Shown in pieces: positions 60,680 through 64,000 of a stretch of DNA of 64,000 bases. Each line of letters starts with the position of its first letter. Within the stretch, counting starts at the first letter, position 1. A program made the translations under genes and the position numbers. Where the stretch lies: NCBI GenBank assembly GCA_001949185.1, contig BDGG01000005.1, positions 248,001 through 312,000 on the forward strand, written 5' to 3'. This DNA comes from Ramazzottius varieornatus (Eukaryota > Animalia > Tardigrada). The notes under the pieces were generated by a model that was not told the DNA's origin, searched no databases, and worked only from the letters and a program-made list of their open reading frames with translations.

Positions 60680-60711
60680 CCCCCCCCAACGTCCAACATG
60701 GGTCTCTCCAT

Positions 60712-63700
60712 TCACGGTCGATAGTAGGTACATCCGGGAGCACCTGAAGGAATTCTAAACTTAAAGACTGATTATTCTGAAATAAAATTCAATCTGTTCT
60801 TACCTTCAATGCATTTCTGTCGCGCAGCTTCGAAACGTTCCTTCATGAAAGCGCAGATTTCCGCGGCGGATCTCGGAATCATCTTTGGTGCTTCTTGAGC
60901 TTGTTCCAAGTCTTGAACGTCCATCATCGGCTGCTGCACTTCATCGCCACGCTTCACTTCCGGTTGAGCTGGAATTTCCGGTACGACGTTCTGCACTTCC
61001 GGTTCGACGTAGATGGGTTGTTGGCTGTTGCGAAAGATCATGGACTTCTTGCCGACCCACGGGTTGTCTTCTTCAGGGATCGGGGGAGGAGGGGGCGGAG
61101 GGACGTTGACTCGGGATCGAGGGTAGATACCTGGTCCGGGTAGGTGAGCCAAGGGAGGCGCCGGCTTCATGCGGCGCATCAGTTCCATGTGCGTGTGGTG
61201 AGTGCTGACATTGTGACTACATCCAATATCTGGATAGAAAGACTGAACAGGCCCGTACATCAGATCATTTGTCGGATAGGCATAGTTGTGGGGTGCTGGT
61301 GGTGGCTCTTGACGAACCGCACCAATCATCTGCACAGGCATCGGCGGACCTATTGAAACAAATATTCTCCGTTTCTGCGTATGTCCAAAACACCCTTTCA
61401 TTCAGCTCGGATTAAGTTGATCTTTCTATCTCTTAAAACCCCGGAGTTAGGAACCCGGCAGACAATCATGACCAGATTGTTTTCCGAAGTAGCGCACGCT
61501 CCAAGTATCGTTGATAGGAAGCGTGTGCCACCTTGAAACCACGATCTTGTCGAGTTTGTTGGTCTCAATGTATTCCCCATTATTTCCTTCAGTTTGTTTT
61601 ACTTCACTTTAGTTGCGTTGCGTATTTTACGATGACATATTCTGCGAATGAGAGTCTTTGAATGTTGTAATTTACCGTTGGGCCACATATCTGCGTTGTA
61701 GTCAGGTGGTAGCACTTGGTACATCCTTGAAGCAAGTTCCGGTCGTGGCGGTGGTCGTGGCGGTGGTGGTGGCGGTTGTACATGAAAGACCTGCGGGTGT
61801 GGAAGAGGCTGGCCAGTTCGTGGGTCCAGGAAGGGTTGAGCCGGCGGGGAGACTCCTCGCACTTGCTGCATGACCGGACCACCGAGGAAGCGAGCAGGTG
61901 CCGAATGTCCCTGGCTATACTGGAAAGACATCGGCGGCTGGTTGAAACGCAGCGGATGTAAATTGATACCTTGATGATGGGGAGGAGCCTGACTGAAGTT
62001 CGGCGGAGGAGCCATTAGTCGACCGTTGTTGAACGATTGCCGAGCGACGAGATGTCTGGGCTGCTGCATCTGATTGTGGCTGTTCTGATGCATCGTCGGT
62101 GGCGGAGGTCCGTTCAGAAGAGGAGGACGGCTGTGGAGGGGAGGTGGCGGACCACGAGGAGCGAAGTCTCGGTAGTTCTTTGGACGGAACTGTTGCTGTT
62201 GTTGCTGCTGGCTTCTCAGGTCGGAGTTTGGTCGCATGTGTCCATTCGGGCCATCTTTGGGTTTCTGGTCCGGTTCGGTCGCGGTGACGACTTGAGCACT
62301 TTGAACTTGAACAACATGGACTTCCGCCACCTGGACCGGACCTGTCTGAGTTTCGCGACTTTCATGAGCTTCAACCTTCTCACTACGAACACTCTTTGGT
62401 GAATCGTTCGGCCCATCCCTACGAAGGTGAAAAGCATTTCAGATAATACTCGATGGCATTTCTGACAAGGGACTTACTTTGGCACAGTCTTTTCAGGGGA
62501 AGAATCAACAGCATGAGTATCGGAAAGGCTGTTGTTGTGGCTGCTACCTCCGTTCGGGGTTCCTTTAGCGATGTCGGCGTAGCTGATGCCAGGTGTAGGT
62601 AGGCGAGTAGCGGGAGCCGAAGTAGTCTTCGAGCCCTTCTTCTTGTTTAGCACTGGCATAGAAGCTACAGTTTCCGCATCACTGACATTACCAGTGTCGA
62701 TATCCTCGACATGATCGGCCACGCCTTTCTTGATGTCTCCAGCAGAATTCCGGCGCCGAAGGGTGGGGAACTCCAGCGCGGTAACAGGTACCACCGCCAC
62801 CGCGGGCTGTTTCGAGATGCGGGGAGGAGGCTGTGACATTCGGTTGCGGACATTGCTCTAAACAGGAAAACAAGTTTAAACCTTGATTTCCATTGGACCG
62901 GAAGAGTACCAACGCATTAACGAGGTGTTTCGCAGATCTAGAAACAGTGCGCTGCAAAGATTTACAGTGCGTGGGTATGCAGGAGCGCGGTACGCCATTT
63001 AGACACTGAACCTTGCCCACACCTACGTACACTGTACCGTACACTTACTAGACTACATGTATGCAGGATCATGAAGGACTGATGCTTGCTGCGAACGTTT
63101 ATCGCAAGACATGAAGCCGAGATTGGATTTTTTGGCGAGAACTACATAAACTGACCTGTCGGTTGGGTGCAGGGTAGTTGTGTGGTGTACTGTGGGACTT
63201 GGTCGGCGATGTCTTGGCTGACACTCGTCGAGTGACGACTTGAAACTCTGTTTCTGGTGGCTGTTCGTTAGACTGTGGCTGTTCAGGGTGGACAGCCATG
63301 GCCGGTGTTTCCGGTCGCGGCGGCACTACGGGCTGTTCGTTCGGAATACTGCTGAGTGGCGAGGAAGACCTGCCTACGGCTATCGGAGCCGAAGGACTGG
63401 AAGGAAGCGAAGACTCTTTTGTGGGAAGCCCTTTGCTCTGCTCAGGCGAGGCTTTCTCTGTAATCACAAAATTAACGATTGTTATAAAGGTCCAAACTCA
63501 AGAAACCACATTCGGCAAAATTGTATCCCAAAGTGGCGCGCGTTACCAGTGCTATTGGCTAACGCGTGCGCCACTTGGGGAGAAACTATCTTGTCAATAT
63601 TGCTAACTTACTTTTCTTGGACTTTTTCTTCTTTTTCTTCTTCAGCTTGTCGATCTTCCCAACTACCACAGCTTCTTGTTTGTCCGCATCATCCACATCA

Positions 63701-64000
63701 GCTTCCACATCTCCCAGTCGTACATACGCACCAACTTTCAGTTCTGCTACGTCATCTGAGGAATGGGACGATCGGCCACTGGAGGAGGCCAGCTCGCCAT
63801 TGGTAGTCGGACTACAAGTGTATCTCAAGTCATCTCGCTCCATAGCCTCGATGTCGTTCTCCCACCCGGCCTGCTGCGTAATACTGTACGACACTGGGGT
63901 TTCTGGGGAAGCGTCCAAGTTGAGGCTTCGGGAATGCTTCGGAAAAGTCGGCAGTCTTGTGGAGCGTGGAGCTGCGTCAACAGCCATCTCTTGATCCGAT
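60712..64000 (-). CDS. Uncharacterised low-complexity Pro/Gln/Ser-rich protein, 5' part outside the window
   Basis: Series of minus-strand exons with GT-AG ends; poly-Lys tract, LEFPTL and SYADIAK motifs, poly-Pro and poly-Gln; inferred last exon GAPGCTYYRP*. Confidence 0.7.
61450..61577. mobile_element. Palindromic MITE-like element, copy 9 (intron)
   Basis: ggaacccggcagac..gaagtagcgcacg-loop-cgtgtgccaccttg..acgatcttgtcgagtttg. Confidence 0.8.
63494..63603. mobile_element. Palindromic MITE-like element, copy 10 (intron)
   Basis: caaagtggcgcgcg-..tattggct..-cgtgcgccacttgg..ctatcttgtcaatattg. Confidence 0.75.

Overview
Gene-dense eukaryotic (animal) DNA with roughly balanced GC, GT-AG introns that are mostly 55-100 bp, very short intergenic spacers and one 50-N assembly gap. 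The architecture suggests a compact invertebrate genome such as a tardigrade; this is inference only. From left to right: a cluster of three matrix metalloproteinase (MMP) genes (intact, pseudogene, intact with a long GGY/YGPP/Thr insert) interrupted by a decayed tyrosine-recombinase (DIRS/Ngaro-type) retrotransposon; three genes I cannot assign; a CCA-adding enzyme head-to-head with TFIIIC subunit 1; villin; CFAP57; a SAT-family GNAT head-to-head with a Nup62-like coiled-coil gene lacking FG repeats; PACSIN; SPOP; a divergent IFT43-like gene head-to-head with SKP1; an SLC6 amino-acid transporter; and a 5'-truncated Pro/Gln-rich gene. A ~120-bp palindromic element (core CAAGTGGCGCAC-loop-GTGCGCCACTTG) occurs at 10 loci, all inside introns. 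No rRNA, tRNA or CRISPR array was seen. Gene models were spliced by eye, CDS spans include introns, and homology calls rest on remembered family motifs rather than database searches. The strongest leads are the intron-restricted palindromic element, the MMP with a cuticle-protein-like hinge, the FG-less Nup62 paralogue and the TFIIIC/CCA-enzyme divergent pair.
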